Assembly: GCA_965644315.1 (NCBI GenBank)
Contig: CBFFRQ010000029.1
Coordinates: 248,001-312,000 of the forward strand
Length of the DNA: 64,000 nt
DNA from: Caecitellus pseudoparvulus
Lineage: Eukaryota; Protista; Bigyra: Bicosoecida
Direction: 5' to 3'
Part shown: positions 1 through 11,723 of the stretch, in pieces
Layout of the letters: each line of letters opens with the position of its first letter
How positions within the stretch are numbered: the stretch's first letter is position 1
Made by a program: the position numbers and the translations under genes
Notes under the pieces: generated by a model
Seen by the model: the letters and a program-made list of their open reading frames with translations, nothing else
Told to the model about the DNA's origin: nothing
Database searches by the model: none

Positions 1-213
1 CAAGGGTGGCAAGGAGTCGGATGCCGCTGCTGGCAGCAGCGAGAGCAAGAAGTGAGCCTGGCACAGCAGCGCGTCGCCGACTGCCCGCGGCACGGGCCAC
101 TTTTTTCTTTCAACTAAGAATGTACGTCACACCTGCAGGTCTTGGCAGTTGTCCTTGCCACGCCCCTGCAGAGGCTGTTCGCTCGGTGGCGTTTCACGCA
201 CGTTGCGTGCAGC

Positions 214-2328
214 ATGGCCAGTGCTGAGCCCGTTGCGGGTGGGGGCGGGAAACAGGGTTCGTTGGCGCCCCACTGGCGCAATCGCGTGTGGAATCAATTG
301 CCCCCCTGCTTCCTTGCAGACTCAGACGAGCTGTATGAAGTTGCGCTGCTGCTGGACGAGCTGCGGCACCAGGATGTGCAGGTTCGCGTGAACGCCATGC
401 GGCAGCTCCCCCGAATCGGTGTGTGGCAAAGCCGCGTGCAGGCAGGCAAAAAGCGGCAAGTGCACGCACCCCCTTCGTAAATTCGCCCTTCCCTTCCCCT
501 CAGCCAAGGCCCTGGGGCCTGAGCGTGCCCGTGACGAACTCATCCCATTCCTCGTTGGTGGGTGCTGCTGCTGGCGCGGCTGGCCTCCGTCCCTGCACCC
601 CGCGCTGCCGCTCGCTGGGCGCAGACTCTGTGGATGATGACGACGAGGTGCTCATTGTCGTCGCAGAGGGCCTGGGTGAGTCACCACGGCGGCCCTGCAA
701 CTGTGCATCACCACACCCTCCCGCACCCTCCCGCACCAGCTGACCTGGTGCCACTGGTGGGCCCGCCTGAGCACGCCCATGCGCTACTGCCACCCCTGGA
801 GCGCCTGGCCACGGTGGAGGAGGTGTCTGTCCGCGACGCGGCAGTGAAGGGGCTGTCACAGGTTGCCAGTGCGCTGAGCGCAGACGACCTCACGCAGCAC
901 TACCTGCCCCTCGTACAGCGCCTGGCGTCGCGGGACTGGTTCACAGCGCGCATTTCCGCCGCAGGCCTGCTGCCCCCCGTGTACGCACAGCTGTACCCGT
1001 CCCAGGCGACGGCCCTGCAGGACATCTACTCAGCCTTGGCGCGGGACCTGACGCCCATGGTGCGGCGGGCAGCCTCGGCTCACTTCGGCAAGCTGACCAG
1101 CCTGGTGTCCACGGAGGGCCTGACTGGCTTCCTGCTGCCCCTCGCACAGCAGCTGGCCCGGGACGACCAGGACAGCATCCGCCTGCTGGCCATTGACAAC
1201 TGCACCGCCCTGGCCAATGCCTGGGTGGAGGCGGGCGCCACCGGCTCCCTGCCCCGCGACGTGCACGATTTGGTGGTGGAGTTGGCGAAGGACGCCAGTT
1301 GGAGGGTGCGGTGGAGTGTGGCGCACGGCATGGGGGCGGCCATGAAGCCCCTGACCGATCCACAGCACCTAGCCACCCTTGCGGGCGCCTTCGCAACCCT
1401 GTGTGGGGACGCCGAGGCGGAGGTACGCACGGCGGCAGCAGGGGAGGTGGGGGCAGTTGCCGCGCTGCTGGGCAAGGAGCAGGCAGTGCAGGTGCTAGTG
1501 CCGGGCGTGGCAGGGCTGGCTGACGACCCCAGCGAGCACGTGCGGGGGGCCTTGGCTCGCGTGGTCATGGGCATGGCCGGCACGCTTGGCGAGGAGGCCA
1601 CGGTGGAGCACCTGCTGCCGCTGTTCCTGAAGCTGCTGCGGGACACCGAGAGCACGGTGCGGCTGAACATCATCGGGTCCCTGGAGGCGGTGAACGCCGT
1701 CATCGGCGTGCGCCTGCTGGTGGAAAGCCTGCTGCCAGCCATCATGGAGCTGTCCGAGGACAAGCAGTGGCGCGTGCGCCAGGCCATCATCGCCTTCGTG
1801 CCCCTCCTGGCCAAGCAGCTGGGCCGGGACATCTTCGACAAGGAACTCACGGCCCTCTGCCTGCGCTGGCTGTCCGACGAAGTGGCCAGCATCCGGTCGC
1901 AGGCGGTGGCCGTGCTGGCGGACCTGGCGCGGGAGTTCGGCACACAGTGGGCCCTGGACACCGTCCTGCCGGCCCTCGCCAAGCTGAAGGGCGCGCAGAG
2001 CTACATGCTGCGCATGGTGTCCGTGCGGGCCGCCGCTGCCATCGCCCCTGCCCTGCCGGCAGACACAGTGGCGGAGCGCATCCTGCCGCAGGTGCAGGGC
2101 CTGGGCAGCGACCCCGTGCCCAACGTGCGGTTCAACGTCGCCAAGGCCCTTGCAGACCTGGCGCCGGTGTTGCCGGCAGCCTCTGTCGAGTCAGCTGTGC
2201 TGCCGCAGCTGCAGGCGCTGGAGGGTGACCAGGATCGGGACGTATGCTTCTTCGCTGGGCAGGCGCGGCAGGCAGTGCAGAGCAGCGGCGGCAGCGGCAG
2301 CGGCGGTGGCGGGGAGCACAAGGAATAA
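214..2328 (+). CDS. PPP2R1A: Protein phosphatase 2A scaffold (A) subunit, HEAT repeats; 4 short 5' introns
   Basis: Spliced N-terminus MASAEPVADSDELYEVALLLDELRHQDVQVRVNAMRQL...ALGPERARDELIPFL...DDDDEVL; HEAT motifs WFTARISA, TPMVRRAA, DQDSIRLLA, WRVR, DPVPNVRFNVAK; GT-AG introns restore the frame. Confidence 0.96.
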
Positions 2329-2538
2329 TGCATGCGGCGGAAGCGAGTGTGAGAGAAGTGCATTGGGTCATGGGACCAGGCACGCGCGGTGGCCTGGCCC
2401 ACGGACATGCAGGCACCGAGAAGCAAGACAGGATAGCGGGGAGCGGTGGGTGTCCACACAGAAGAGTGGCTGGGATAACCCAAAGTGACCCACCAGAGCC
2501 ACATTCTTGCCCGAGTGCGTCAAGTGGACCGGCAGCGC

Positions 2539-4200
2539 CTACTCAGCAGCGCCCTCCGCGGCGGCATCGGCAGTGGGCACTGCGCGCCGGCCAGGGCGCG
2601 CCTTGCGGCGGCCGCCGGTGCGCTTCCTGGAGGCACGGGACGCCTCCACCGTCAGCTCAGCGCCGTTGAAGGAGAAGGTGCCTGCCTCCTTGGCTGCCTC
2701 GGCGCCCTCCGCCGTGGCGAAGGTGATGAAGCAGAACTGGTCGTCGGCCTTGCGGCGCTGGAAGCGGGCCACGTCGCCGAACTGGGTGAAGGCCTCCACC
2801 ACCTCCTGCTGGTCCACGCCAGCGGGCAGGTTCCCCACCCACACGCGCAGGGGGTCTGCGGGGCGTGGCTCGGACTTGGCCTTGGCGGCACCAGCGTCGG
2901 CGCCTGCCTCGCCGTCGGCGGCAGTGGCGGAGCCTCGGCGGGGGCGGCGGTTGCGGCGGGGGCGGCGGGCGACTGCCACCTTGACCTCCACGTCAGCGCC
3001 GCCCAGGGCCTTGCCGTTCAGGGCGTCCACGGCAGCTGCAGCGGTCTCGGCATCCGCGTACACGATGTAGGCGTGGAGGCCGGAGACGGCAGAGTCGACG
3101 ACGGTGACCTTGACCACCTCGCCAGCACCCTCGCCGAATGCCTTGACATCCTCGGAGGTGGTGCCCTCAGCCAGGCCGTTCACGCGCAGCTTCTTGGAAG
3201 GGCGGGGGGCACGTGCAACTGCTGCATCGCCTCCTGCCGCAGCGCCAGCAGGGGCGGCGGACTTGCCCGACTTCTTCGGCCTCCTGGAGCGAGCCTTGGG
3301 CTTGTCCACGGCCTGCATGGACTTCTCCACGTACAGCGTGCGGCCCTCAACCTCCGTGCCAGACTTGGTCAGCGCAGCTGCGACATCAGCCTCCTCGTCG
3401 AAGTACACATGGGCGCTGGGGGCGAGAGCGGGGGCGGGACGCGTGCGTGACGTCAGGCAAGGCCGTGTGTGCATCGAAAGCGAAGGTGCAGCGTTTCGCG
3501 CCACGCCATTCCGCACTCACGAGCCACGGCGCCCGATGACGACCTTCTTGACGCTGGGCAGGTCACCAAGCAAGGCGACAACAGACGCCCGCTTGGAACC
3601 GTATGGCAGGTTGCGCACGTAGACGCAGTTGGGGACGGGCTCGCGCTCGACAGGGGCCCGTGCCTTGCTCACGCGCAGGCCGCGAACCTGGTCCTCGCGC
3701 AGCTTGGTGTCTGCCAGCTTCTCCACAGCAGCGTCGGCCTCCGCCTCGGAAGACAGCTGCACGATGAAGGCTCTGCAGCGGCGGGGGGGGGCGGGCGTGC
3801 GTGACGGCGAGCGTGGCGCGCAGTTTTCTGTGCCAGCTCAGGCGCGGAGCGGAAACGCGGTGGTCACCACGCCAACACGGCGGGGTGACACGCGTCCCAC
3901 GCGCGCCGGCCGCCCGCCGGCGCGGGGGCAGGCGCAGTGCCTGACACAGCAACACTGCCACTAAGAGCTGCACAGTGGCACGCACCGGCGAGTCACGGAG
4001 GCAGGGGTGACCGACACCACCGTGCCAACTCCTCCGAACGCATCCTTGATCTCGGCGTCAGTGACGTCCACGGGAAGGCTGCGCACGAGAACACTTGCCT
4101 GCCAGGTCTCGGAAGAGCTGCAGTGGAGGGGGGGCGCAGGGCACTCTGTGTGTGCAGGGAAGCTGGCGTGAGTGGCAGGCTGCGAAGCTTACGCGGCCAT
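2539..4200 (-). CDS. RNA-binding protein with four RRM domains (spliced)
   Basis: RNP2-like starts SVLVRSLP, CVYVRNLP, LRVNGL, VWVGNLP; RNP1-like AHVYF, HAYIVY, FCFITF; Arg-rich linkers; ATG at 4200 followed by a GTAAGC intron. Confidence 0.85.
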
Positions 4201-4625
4201 GGTTGCGTTTCGTTGCGTTTCGGGAGCCGAAGGCACGTGCGCGGGGGTGGCGCAGGGCAGCTGGGTGGCTGGAAGCAGGAATGCTTGATAGTGAGTGGGG
4301 TAGGTTGACAATGAGGATGTGGTGTGGTGGCGCTTGTGCTGCCCTGGAGGCCGGGGAGTTGGAGAGCCCCCCTCCCTCTGCAGTTGCACCCCCACCACGC
4401 CACTTGCGCCCTGGTGGCGCCGTGCGTCCGCACCGCGCCACATCCCCGAACCCACCACCCATCCAGCTAGGGTTTGCTTGCAGAGTGTGAAGCGCGTGGC
4501 TCCCTCCAGCGCCTGCGCGTGCGCCCCAGCACCAGTGCTTTGCCCACTCACCCCACCGCACTGCCCTTTGTGGGAGTGAAACGGCAGCTGCAGTTGGCGT
4601 CGCCGTCCGCGCCCCAGCCTCCAGC

Positions 4626-6422
4626 ATGGCGTCAGTGCTGAACAGCCTGCGCAAGAAGCTGTCCAGAGCAAGCTTCGCGGGGGGGTCCTCCGCAGCGGCA
4701 GCGGCAGCGGCAGCGGCAGCAGCTGCCGCTGCTGAGGAAAGTGAGCCAGTGTCGGCAGCCGGCAGGGCTCGGTGAGTGAAGTGCCCGTGCTCTGTGCAGT
4801 CGCCAGGCGGGCGGCAGCACCCACCACCACCCGCCACAGGCAAGCTTCTGTCATCAGGGAGCGCGAAGCAGTGTCCTTCGCCGACCTGCCGCAGCTGCGG
4901 GACACGCCCTCTGCCAAGCGCGAGGTACGGCGACAGCCTGAACGACACTGCCCCCTGCACCGCCTTGCAGCGCTCACGCCTCCCGCGCCCCCGCGTCGAG
5001 CAGGAGGTCTTCCGCAAGAAGCTGCAATTGTGCAGCATTCTCTTTGACTTTTCAGACTCCTCGGCGGAGGCTCAGTGAGTGCTGCGCACCCGCCTGCATG
5101 CACCTGCGGCACTGCACGTCGAGGTACACCCACGCTGCACCTGCCCTGCCTTGCACTTGCCCCGCCCCCCCCCTCCCGCAGAGGCAAGGAGCTGAAGAGG
5201 AAGACACTGCTGGAGCTGGTAGACTACGTCAACTCTCAGGCTGGGCAGCGCGTGTTCACGGAGGCTGTCATGCCAGATGTCATGGACATGATCGTGCGTG
5301 CCGCAGGCTGGTGCTGAAGGCCCAGACGCCACACTCCCTCGTCCCCTCCCCTCCCCGCAGCGAGCCAACATCGTCCGTGCCCTGCCCAAGATGCGGGAGG
5401 ACTTCGACCCCGAGGAGGACGAGCCTGCCCTGGAGCCCTCCTGGCCCCACATGCAGGTGGTGTACGAGTTCCTCCTGCGCTTCGTGGTGTCCCCCGAGGT
5501 GAAGGCGAAGGCCGCCAAGGCGCACCTGAACCAGAAGTTCTGCATGCACCTGGTGGACCTGTTCGACAGCGAGGACCCCCGCGAGCGGGACTACCTGAAG
5601 ACCATCCTGCACCGCGTGTACGGCAAGTTCATGTCGCACCGCGCTTTCATCCGCCGCTCCATCGCCAACACCTTCTACCGCTTCATCTTCGAGCACCCCC
5701 AGCACAACGGCATCGCGGAGCTGCTGGAGATCCTGGGCTCCATCATCAACGGCTTCGCCCTGCCCCTCAAGCCCGAGCACGTCACCTTCCTCACCCGTGC
5801 CCTCATCCCCCTGCACCGCCCCGCCAGCCTGGGCATGTACCACCAGCAGCTGTCGTACTGCATCACGCAGTACGTGGAGAAGGACCCCGGCACTGCCGCC
5901 CCCGTCATCAGCGGCCTGTGCAAGATCTGGCCCTGGCAGAGCTCCGGCAAGCAGGTGCTGCTCCTGAACGAGTTGGAGGAGCTGCTGGAGTTCCTGTCGG
6001 GGGATGTGCTGGCCGACTGCATGGAGGTGCTGTGCCGCACCCTGGGCCGCTGCGTCGGCAGCGAGCACTTCCAGGTGGCAGAGCGCGCGCTGTTCCTGTG
6101 GCAGAACGACCAGCTGCTGTCGCGGGGCCTGCTGGCGCCAGAGTACGCACCCCAGCTGCTGCCCCAGGTGCTGCCGGCCCTGCTGCGGCATGCAGAGGGG
6201 CACTGGAACCCCACCGTGGAGTCCCTGGCTGACCACGTCTTGAACACGTACCAGACCTCGGACGCCGCACTGTACGAGGAGTGCCTGGCCCGTGTGGAGG
6301 AGGAGGCTGCCGCCGCCAGCGCCGCGCAGACGCACGCGGCAGCCAGCTGGGCTGCTGTGGCTGAGGCGACGGAGGGCGGCGCCGGTGACGCAGAAGAGTA
6401 CGACGACGTGTACTACGGCTGA
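4626..6422 (+). CDS. PPP2R5: PP2A regulatory subunit B' (B56 family), spliced
   Basis: FRKKLQLCSILFDF, KELKRKTLLELVDY, FDPEEDEPALEPSWPHMQVVYE, FDSEDPRERDYLKTILHRVYGKF, HFQVAERAL, HWN. Confidence 0.95.
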
Positions 6423-6737
6423 CCGCGCTGCCTGGCCTGTGTGCCTGCCCTGCGTGCCTTTGCTCCTCTTGCCCCCGTCCACTCCCCCTGCTAGGCTTTG
6501 CCGGGTGAGCGGTGGCCTCCTGCCCTGCCCGCTCCCTCCAAATTGGAGGGCTCGCGGAAATGTCCGTGTCGTGGGCTGCCTCTGCTCGCATCCGTCAATG
6601 CACGAATTCAAAAACAAAACCTTCCCTTGCCTTCCAGCCACCCTTGGAGCTGCACAAGCAGTGCAGCACGACGAGCCACCTCTGCGTTACGTTTGGCGTG
6701 TTGTTGTGGGCTGCCACGGCAGGCCCCCCTGCACAGG

Positions 6738-8733
6738 ATGCAAGTGGACCATGAGGCGACGGCAGCCCTGCTCCTGCTCATGCAGGGGATGCATGGGCGG
6801 ACAGGGCTGCGGGGAGGCGGCCAGCCTGAGCTGCAGGAGCCAGGTATGACGTGGCGAGCCCTGCGGAATTCGCCCCGCACCCACACTTCTGCCCCCCGCC
6901 TCACACACAGGTGTGAACATGCATGACACCGAGTTCGAGCAAATGGACAATGTTCTCTACTCTGACTACGGCAGGGCTGTTATGCGCAGCCTGAGCATCC
7001 CAAAGGCGGCCCAGGTTCTCCAGCCAAAGGGCACACTTCCTCCTCCTCCCCTGGATCGCGAGCGCGTGGTGCCTGCGGCCCTACCCAGCGCGCTGCGGCG
7101 TGGTCCCAGCCTTGTGCAGGCACTAGCCTCTCGACGCGTGGGGGGTAGCGCCTTCATGCGTCGCAGGGGCCGCAGCACCGCAGCGCTAGCAGCTGGGCAC
7201 GTGCCCAACGCCCGACACGCCACAGCGGCGACGCTGGACGGCCGGGCGTACACGGGCCAGTTCAGCAAGAGCGGTGATCTGTTCGTGTCGGCGGGCCAGG
7301 CCGACGTCGTGACGCTGTATGACACGAGCGACCCCTTCGCCTGGACGCCGCACAAGCGCATCCAGTGCCCGAACATGTCGTGGACCATCACCAGCGTGGA
7401 CGTGCACCCCCAGGAGCGCTTCATGGCGTACACGACCATGGACAGCACGATGTACCTCGTGAACATTGGCGGCAGCACCGAGCTGCACAAAGAATTGCCC
7501 CTGAGTGCGCGTGCCGGGACAGCGGCACAGAGAGCAGGTTCTACAGGCCCTGACTCACCCGCCTTCGACCCAGCCGCTGGCGGGACCGGCAACCCAGACA
7601 GCACGTTTTCCCCATATGACCAGATGCTTGCGCGGTTCGGCGTGTTCCAAGCCAAGTTCAGTGGCACGGGGGCGGAGCTGCTGGCGGCATGTGGCGGCGG
7701 CGCCATCATGGTGTTCGATGTGGAGCGGGACACGACGACGCACTGCGTGCCGGCACACCACGGAGACATCAACGCCGTCGCGTGGGCAGACCCCTCCCCA
7801 GGCTGCAACATTGTCCTGTCCGGCGGCGACGACCGGCAGGTGAAAGTGTGGGACCGCCGCACCATGGGCAGGTATGAAGTGGACGTCGGCGGCACCCCCG
7901 TGTACCCCCGCCCAGCTGGGTACTTGCCGGGGCACTTGCAGGGTATTACGTCCCTGGCAGGGCGTGGGGACGGCCGGTACGTCGTGTCCAACGGCAAGGA
8001 CCACACCGCCAAGGTGTGGGACCTGCGGAACTTGGTCACCCCCGCGACGTACGATGCGGGCGGCGGGCGCAGAGCTGGGGGGTGGTATGGTGACTATGAC
8101 TACCGGTGGGGCGAGTGGCCTGGGTGGGGCGACTGCAAGCGGCACCCCATGGACGCCAGCGTGCTCACGCTGCGAGGGCACGACGTCACCGCCACGCTCA
8201 TGCGAGCCTACTTCAGCCCCCTGCACAGCACAGGCGGCGCCTTCATCTACACGGGCAGCTTCAGCCACGGCGTCGTTGTGTATGATGCTCTCACAGGGGG
8301 CATTGTGGACACTCTGGCGGGGCACGATGGGGCGCCCGTGCGGGACGCCTCGTGGCACCCGTCCCACGCCGTGCTCGCTTCGTCAGGCTTCGACGGCACA
8401 GTGCAGCTGTGGCACCACACGCCGACAGCTCGCGACGATGTGGACTCCCGACGGACGCAGCGGCAAGAGGCTCTTGCCGCTGCGCTGGAGGCCCGGGCCG
8501 GTGCAGGCGACGCAGCTGCCGACGCGCAGCCGGACCACGAGGCCATGCTCATGGACTTCATTGCCAACCACAATGTGGGGTACTTCGTCGATGGGGCAGG
8601 GCGGCGGCGGTACATCGTGCTGGCAGACGCACCGGGGAGTGACGCAGACGAGGCCAGTGAGCACGGCACGGAAGACAGCGACCATGACGGGGACACACCA
8701 CAGGCTGAGTCGCCCGACAGTCAGGCAAAGTGA
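6738..8733 (+). CDS. DCAF11: WD40 protein, DCAF11/WDR23 (LEC14B)-like CRL4 substrate receptor
   Basis: WD repeats with VKVWDRR, GHLQGIT, SNGKDHTAKVWDLR, YDYRW, TLRGHDVTATLMRAYFSPLHSTGGAFIYTGS, VRDASWHP; one probable 5' intron. Confidence 0.88.
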
Positions 8734-8871
8734 GGCTGCGAGTAAACCAGTACATACCATGACAATGCAACTGCCACCACGCTAAGTTCCTGTGTCATCA
8801 GCAGTGGGTGAACGTGGAATGGTGAGGTCGGAAATTGCTCCAGGCTGACGGCGTTGACTCCACAGACAGCC

Positions 8872-9990
8872 ATGGCAGCTGGCAGCCCCCCCGCGCTGCA
8901 GCAGAGCCCACAAGAAGATGAGCTGTCCCACCTCAACGTGCGCTTTGCGAACTACGCCATGAGCAACCGCTCGTGGCGCCAGCGTTTCCAGGAGCAGGCT
9001 GCAGAGCTGGCCAAGTTGCAGAAAGAACTCGCAGAGCTGCAGGGCAGCCAAGGGAGAATGCAGCACCTCAGCGATCGAGCAGAGCGGGCTGAAGCAGAGG
9101 CAAAGCTTGCAAAGATAGCCCAGGCTGAAGCAGAGGCAGACGCAGCAGCACAGCGGCGCGCAGCTGAAGCTGGCCAGCAACGCCTGCAGGCGCTGGAAGC
9201 GCACGCCGCCGAAGTGGAGACTGCGCTGGCCACAACCCGCAAACAGGCGGCAACTGAGCTGCAGGAGCGCCTGCAGGCACAGAGTGACCAGCACCGCGAG
9301 GAGATGCGGGCCGCTGCAGAGCGCTTCCACGAAGCCCTGACAAGCCGCACTGCTGCGATGCAGGCGCACATCGCCAGCGCCACCCAGCAGCAGCTGGAGA
9401 GCATGGCGCACCAGCTGTCAAGGCTGCAGGAAGAGAAAGAGGAACTTGAGAAGCTCCTCGCTGAGAGCGTGCAGTCTGCCGAGGAGGCCTCTGCACTGTC
9501 CACCCAGCTCCTTGAAAACTTGGCTGAAACGCAGGCCGGAGCCAAGGCAGCCGCCGGCCAGGCAGCAACGGAGCGGGCTGCACTGCAAAGCAAGCTGGAC
9601 GCCACGGTCCACGAGCGCGACACTCTTGCCAGCGAAGTGGCAAGGCTGCGGGCGCAAGTGGAGCGCTTCAACGTCGACATTGACCAGTTCCGTGCAATGA
9701 TGGAGGAGGAGGAAGCCCACCACGCACTTCGGCCGCCGAACCTGCCCAAGACCCACCTCCTCCCCCCTCCCACACAGCCTCCACCGCTGCCCCAAGCCAG
9801 CGAAGGCCACCACAGCAGCCCGGCGCGAGCCACGAGGCTGGCAGTGCCAACTGAAGGCAGCAAGGACGGCACGCCCCATGGCACAGCCACCGTGTACGTG
9901 CTGCCCAGGGGGTACGGCTCGTTTGGGGCCAATGCAGGGAGGGGGGTACCAGCTGTGTCCCCCGCCCAGGTGAGTCATACAGCATGGTGA
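8872..9990 (+). CDS. Intermediate-filament/lamin-like coiled-coil protein (paralogue 2)
   Basis: Coil-1A-like ELSHLNVRFANYAMSNR, ~264-aa heptad rod, rod-end NVDIDQFRAMMEEEE; Pro-rich tail; both motifs align with the 11724-13623 gene. Confidence 0.7.
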   Translation: MAAGSPPALQQSPQEDELSHLNVRFANYAMSNRSWRQRFQEQAAELAKLQKELAELQGSQGRMQHLSDRAERAEAEAKLAKIAQAEAEADAAAQRRAAEAGQQRLQALEAHAAEVETALATTRKQAATELQERLQAQSDQHREEMRAAAERFHEALTSRTAAMQAHIASATQQQLESMAHQLSRLQEEKEELEKLLAESVQSAEEASALSTQLLENLAETQAGAKAAAGQAATERAALQSKLDATVHERDTLASEVARLRAQVERFNVDIDQFRAMMEEEEAHHALRPPNLPKTHLLPPPTQPPPLPQASEGHHSSPARATRLAVPTEGSKDGTPHGTATVYVLPRGYGSFGANAGRGVPAVSPAQVSHTAW

Positions 9991-10280
9991 AGGAGTCTTG
10001 GCGTGAAATGCACCGCGTTCGGCTCATGCCAGCGCCCACCCTCAGCTTGGAGAGCACCTGGCATAACCACTCAGGCCAGGCTCAAAGGTCCACTTGCCGC
10101 CCTCAGGCAAACTCCACCACCTGCACTGCACACACGCCACTTCTGCGCAAACACTGCTTGCTGTCCCAACGACAGACGTCCACCGGGAAGCCACCTCCCC
10201 CTCGTTGTGCTCCGAGGAGGAGCGCGGACTCCGTGCGGGAATTGCTTTCAACGCAGGCAACAAGCCCCCGCTGCTGCACG

Positions 10281-11699
10281 ATGGCAGAGATGACAGAGCG
10301 ATTTCTGAAGGACCTGTGCAAGACGCATGATCTGTACAGAACTCCTCACTTGAATGACATTCTGTACTTGCACTACAAGGTGCGCCACAGCCACGTGAAG
10401 GTGGGGCTGCCCATCCGACCAGTAAAAACGCCACCCCGCCGGCTTGCCTGCACAGGGCTTTCGAACCATCCAGAACCTGGACGCGTACACGGGGCTGAAG
10501 GTGGTGTATCTTGAGGGTAATGGCCTCACCTCCATGCTGGGGCTGCACGCTCAGAAGCAGATGCGCACGCTGTACCTGCATGAAAACTGCATTGAGCAGA
10601 TCGAGGGGCTGGAGCACATGGTGTGTGGGCCTGCTGTGGCCCGGCAACGGAGCTGCAGGGCATCCCACTCACACTGCCTCCCCTCCCTTTTTTCGCCCAG
10701 AAGGACTTGAGCACGCTGAACATCAACCAGAACTGCATCAAGAAGCTGGAGGGGCTGGGCGCCCTGCCCAAGCTGGACACGCTGCACGTCGCCCACAACA
10801 ACTTGAGCAGTCTGGACGACTTGGAGCACCTGAAGGAGCTGCCGGCGCTGTCCAGCCTGGACCTGCAGCACAACAAGATTGAGAGCCCGGAGGTCGTGGA
10901 CCTCCTGGCGTCCCTGCCCGGCCTCAAAGTCCTGTACCTGCAGGGCAACCCCTGCGTGAAGGAGATCAAGCACTACCGCAAGACCATGATCGCGCGCTGC
11001 GCTGGCCTGCGGTACCTGGACGACCGCCCAGTCTTCCCTGATGAGCGTCTGCGTGCGGAGGCGTGGTGGGGCGGCATGCAGGAGGGTGGGCGTGCGGCAG
11101 CTGCCGCCGCTGAGCGGGCCGAGCTGGAGCGGCAGCGGGCTGAGAAGGCTGCCAAAGACGAGGCCAACTTCCGCCACCTGGAGCAGCTCCTGTACAAAGG
11201 CAAGCGCTCCCCGCTGCTGCCGGTGAAGGATGCCGGTGTCGTGCTGCCGGGGGCAGACAGCGCCTCCTCCGGCGATGAGGGTGAGGACGCTGCTGCCATG
11301 CCGGCGCCGGAGGCGGCCGCGCCAGCCGCTGACGTGGGCAGCGGGCAGCCAACGCAGCCCACTGCGGCCACCGTGCCACCCACGGCAGCTGTGCCTGAGC
11401 CCAGCTCTGCCGCAGCCCCCGTCGCCAGCGTGGGCCCTCATGGCGGTGCACTGGAGTTCAAGCCCAGCGTGCACGCAGCAGCAGGGGCGGCAGCCGACGC
11501 ACCTCCACTGCCTGCCGCCTCCACGGGGAACACAAAGTACGACTACACCGACCCTGCGTCTCGCCCCAGCGGCGTGGCAGTGCCTGCAGTCGTCGGGGCG
11601 GACGGTGTGCCTGTGCCGGACTACAGCTCTAACCCGGCGGCGGGCACGTACCCGGCACGCGCTGCCCAAGCAGAGACGGCAGTGGACGTAATGGATTGA
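10281..11699 (+). CDS. DNAAF1: Dynein axonemal assembly factor 1 (LRRC50/ODA7), LRR protein; 2 introns
   Basis: [32 protein letters not shown], LRR repeats, LRRcap YRKTMIARCAGLRYLDDRPVFPDER. Confidence 0.92.
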
Positions 11700-11723
11700 A
11701 GCAATGCAATGCCGCTGCCTGCC

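Noticed and set aside
9970-9990. GTGAGT near the end of IF paralogue 2 as a donor leading to a further exon (e.g. with CaaX)
   Set aside because: An in-frame stop follows within 21 nt and AATGCA lies 17 nt later; I found no convincing downstream exon before DNAAF1, though cDNA is needed to exclude it
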